From a virus (Duplodnaviria; Heunggongvirae; Uroviricota; Caudoviricetes), in IMG/VR virus record IMGVR_UViG_3300029713_000154: a stretch of 18,404 bases of DNA, one strand, 5' to 3'. The notes beneath the pieces were generated by a model, which was given only the letters and a program-made list of their open reading frames with translations, searched no databases and was not told where the DNA came from. Both the position numbers and the translations under genes were made by a program. Shown piece by piece: positions 17,451-18,404 of the stretch. The stretch's first letter is position 1. The number at the start of each line of letters is the position of its first letter.

Positions 17451-17656
17451 ATTCTCTATAAATGAACATGCCCGCTAATAAATCGACTCAGCAATTAAAG
17501 AGCAAACGGTGACCTGGCGAATAAGCGCGTCATTATGCAGGGAAAAGATGATGGTGGATCGTAGGAATAGTCGATAGTTATTTGATTTTTAAAGTTTGTT
17601 TAAGAAAGTCAGCGACTGTGAGGGAAACGATCTTTTTACACTACAGGTAAAAATAA

Positions 17657-17676
17657 TACTGTATGTGCATACAGTA
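17657..17676. promoter_or_regulatory. LexA (SOS) box
   Basis: TACTGTATGTGCATACAGTA matches the consensus TACTG-(TA)5-CAGTA at all ten flanking positions, with a CTGT-N8-ACAG core. Lies in the 535-bp AT-rich divergent regulatory region, upstream of a TAAAAT -10-like hexamer (17682-17687) and a TTGACA (17698-17703). Confidence 0.6.
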
Positions 17677-17896
17677 TCGTGTAAAATGATACTCCTGTTG
17701 ACAAGAAACATAACACAAACAATATATTTATTTAGTGAATTTATGCGTACATTAATATTAAGAATTTATATTTCTGGTGATTGTTTATTTGTTTGTTGAA
17801 TGTATTGAGTAGCAGTAATGACAACTGCTTAGCGTATATCCGTGGTTTTACACGCATCGGGTCTTATTCAGGATGCAAGATATATGGAGATGAAAA

Positions 17897-18238
17897 ATGA
17901 TACGAAAATCAAAAGAGATGGCCCGGACACCGGAGATCATTAACGACCTGGCTTTTCATGCATCGCAAGTTCTGATTGAAAGCATCAATCTCGACAGTTC
18001 ATCGGCAGAAAATGTGGGTTTTGCCATTGCCGACCGAATGATGCGTAACTGGGGCGGACAAAGCATTTATTTCCCTAAGGGGATCTCCGGACGAGCATCG
18101 GAGCGTGACTACCAAATCTATAGCGAGTGCGATGGGCGCAACTACGCCGAATTAGCGAAGAAATATAATCTGACGCTGCAATGGATTTATAAGATAGTCA
18201 AACGTGTACATACGGAGAAGCAGCAGAGTCGTATGTAG
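17897..18238 (+). CDS. Mor/C-family transcriptional activator (Mu middle/late operon regulator-like)
   Basis: 113 aa. C-terminal helix-turn-helix-like region (YAELAKKYNLTLQWIYKIVKR) typical of Mor/C proteins; GGAG SD. Divergent from the lysis and tail operons. Confidence 0.75.
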   Translation: MIRKSKEMARTPEIINDLAFHASQVLIESINLDSSSAENVGFAIADRMMRNWGGQSIYFPKGISGRASERDYQIYSECDGRNYAELAKKYNLTLQWIYKIVKRVHTEKQQSRM

Positions 18239-18299
18239 TGGTGATTGCACCGACATGGCGAGTAGCGATATGGGGTCGCAACTCGCCTGTACTGGTCGT

Positions 18300-18404
18300 T
18301 TACTCAAACAAATTACTATGCAGTTTTTGCACCACCTGCTCGGCATCTTCGCCGGGCACCAGGAAGCACAGGTTATGGCTGGATGCGCCGTAACAAATCA
18401 TGCG
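18300..18404 (-). CDS. lysC: Aspartokinase III, 3' end (partial, continues beyond the window)
   Basis: Minus-strand translation of 18303-18404 gives RMICYGASSHNLCFLVPGEDAEQVVQKLHSNLFE followed by TAA, matching the LysC C-terminus as remembered for Escherichia. Confidence 0.85.
   Translation of the reverse strand, partial: RMICYGASSHNLCFLVPGEDAEQVVQKLHSNLFE

Noticed and set aside
17596-17799. 67-aa plus-strand ORF in the regulatory region
   Set aside because: It lies in AT-rich intergenic DNA overlapping the LexA box and promoter-like elements, with low-complexity composition and no ribosome binding site.
2479-18238. Intact Mu-like or P2-like prophage
   Set aside because: No capsid, portal, terminase, transposase/integrase, repressor or replication genes fit between the flanking lysC and SPFH-NTase genes; the lysis cassette is followed directly by tail genes.
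18152-18346. 64-aa minus-strand ORF at the right edge
   Set aside because: It is out of frame with the lysC C-terminus read at 18303-18404 and overlaps the 3' end of the activator gene.

Overview
This 18.4 kb window, read by eye with no database search, contains a compact, single-orientation island at about 2479-18240 (minus strand) that encodes a Mu-type contractile tail and a lysis cassette but no head, terminase, integrase or replication genes. The island's gene order is: Mor/C-family activator (plus strand), holin-like protein, signal-peptide SLT endolysin, spanin-like protein, then two small tail proteins, sheath, tube, chaperone, tape measure, gpU-like, gpX, gpD-like hub, gpV spike, gpW, gpJ, gpI, tail fibre, fibre assembly protein and a coupled 151-aa enzyme-like ORF. 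Its right edge abuts the 3' end of lysC (C-terminal peptide RMICYGASSHNLCFLVPGEDAEQVVQKLHSNLFE readable at the window edge); its left edge abuts a two-gene operon encoding an SPFH/band-7 protein and a Pol-beta-type nucleotidyltransferase. A near-consensus LexA box sits in the regulatory region upstream of the activator gene, and a conserved 45-nt motif precedes both the lysis and tail operons. Taken together this is best explained as an SOS-inducible phage-tail-like bacteriocin (R-type tailocin) locus of Mu-like ancestry rather than a decaying prophage, though that is inference from gene content. Other points of interest are a low-GC mosaic fibre-tip/chaperone patch, 168-bp tandem repeats and a G7 tract in the fibre gene, an intrinsic-terminator-like hairpin between the spike and gpW genes, and the uncharacterised SPFH-nucleotidyltransferase pair. 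All product calls rest on remembered family signatures and synteny.
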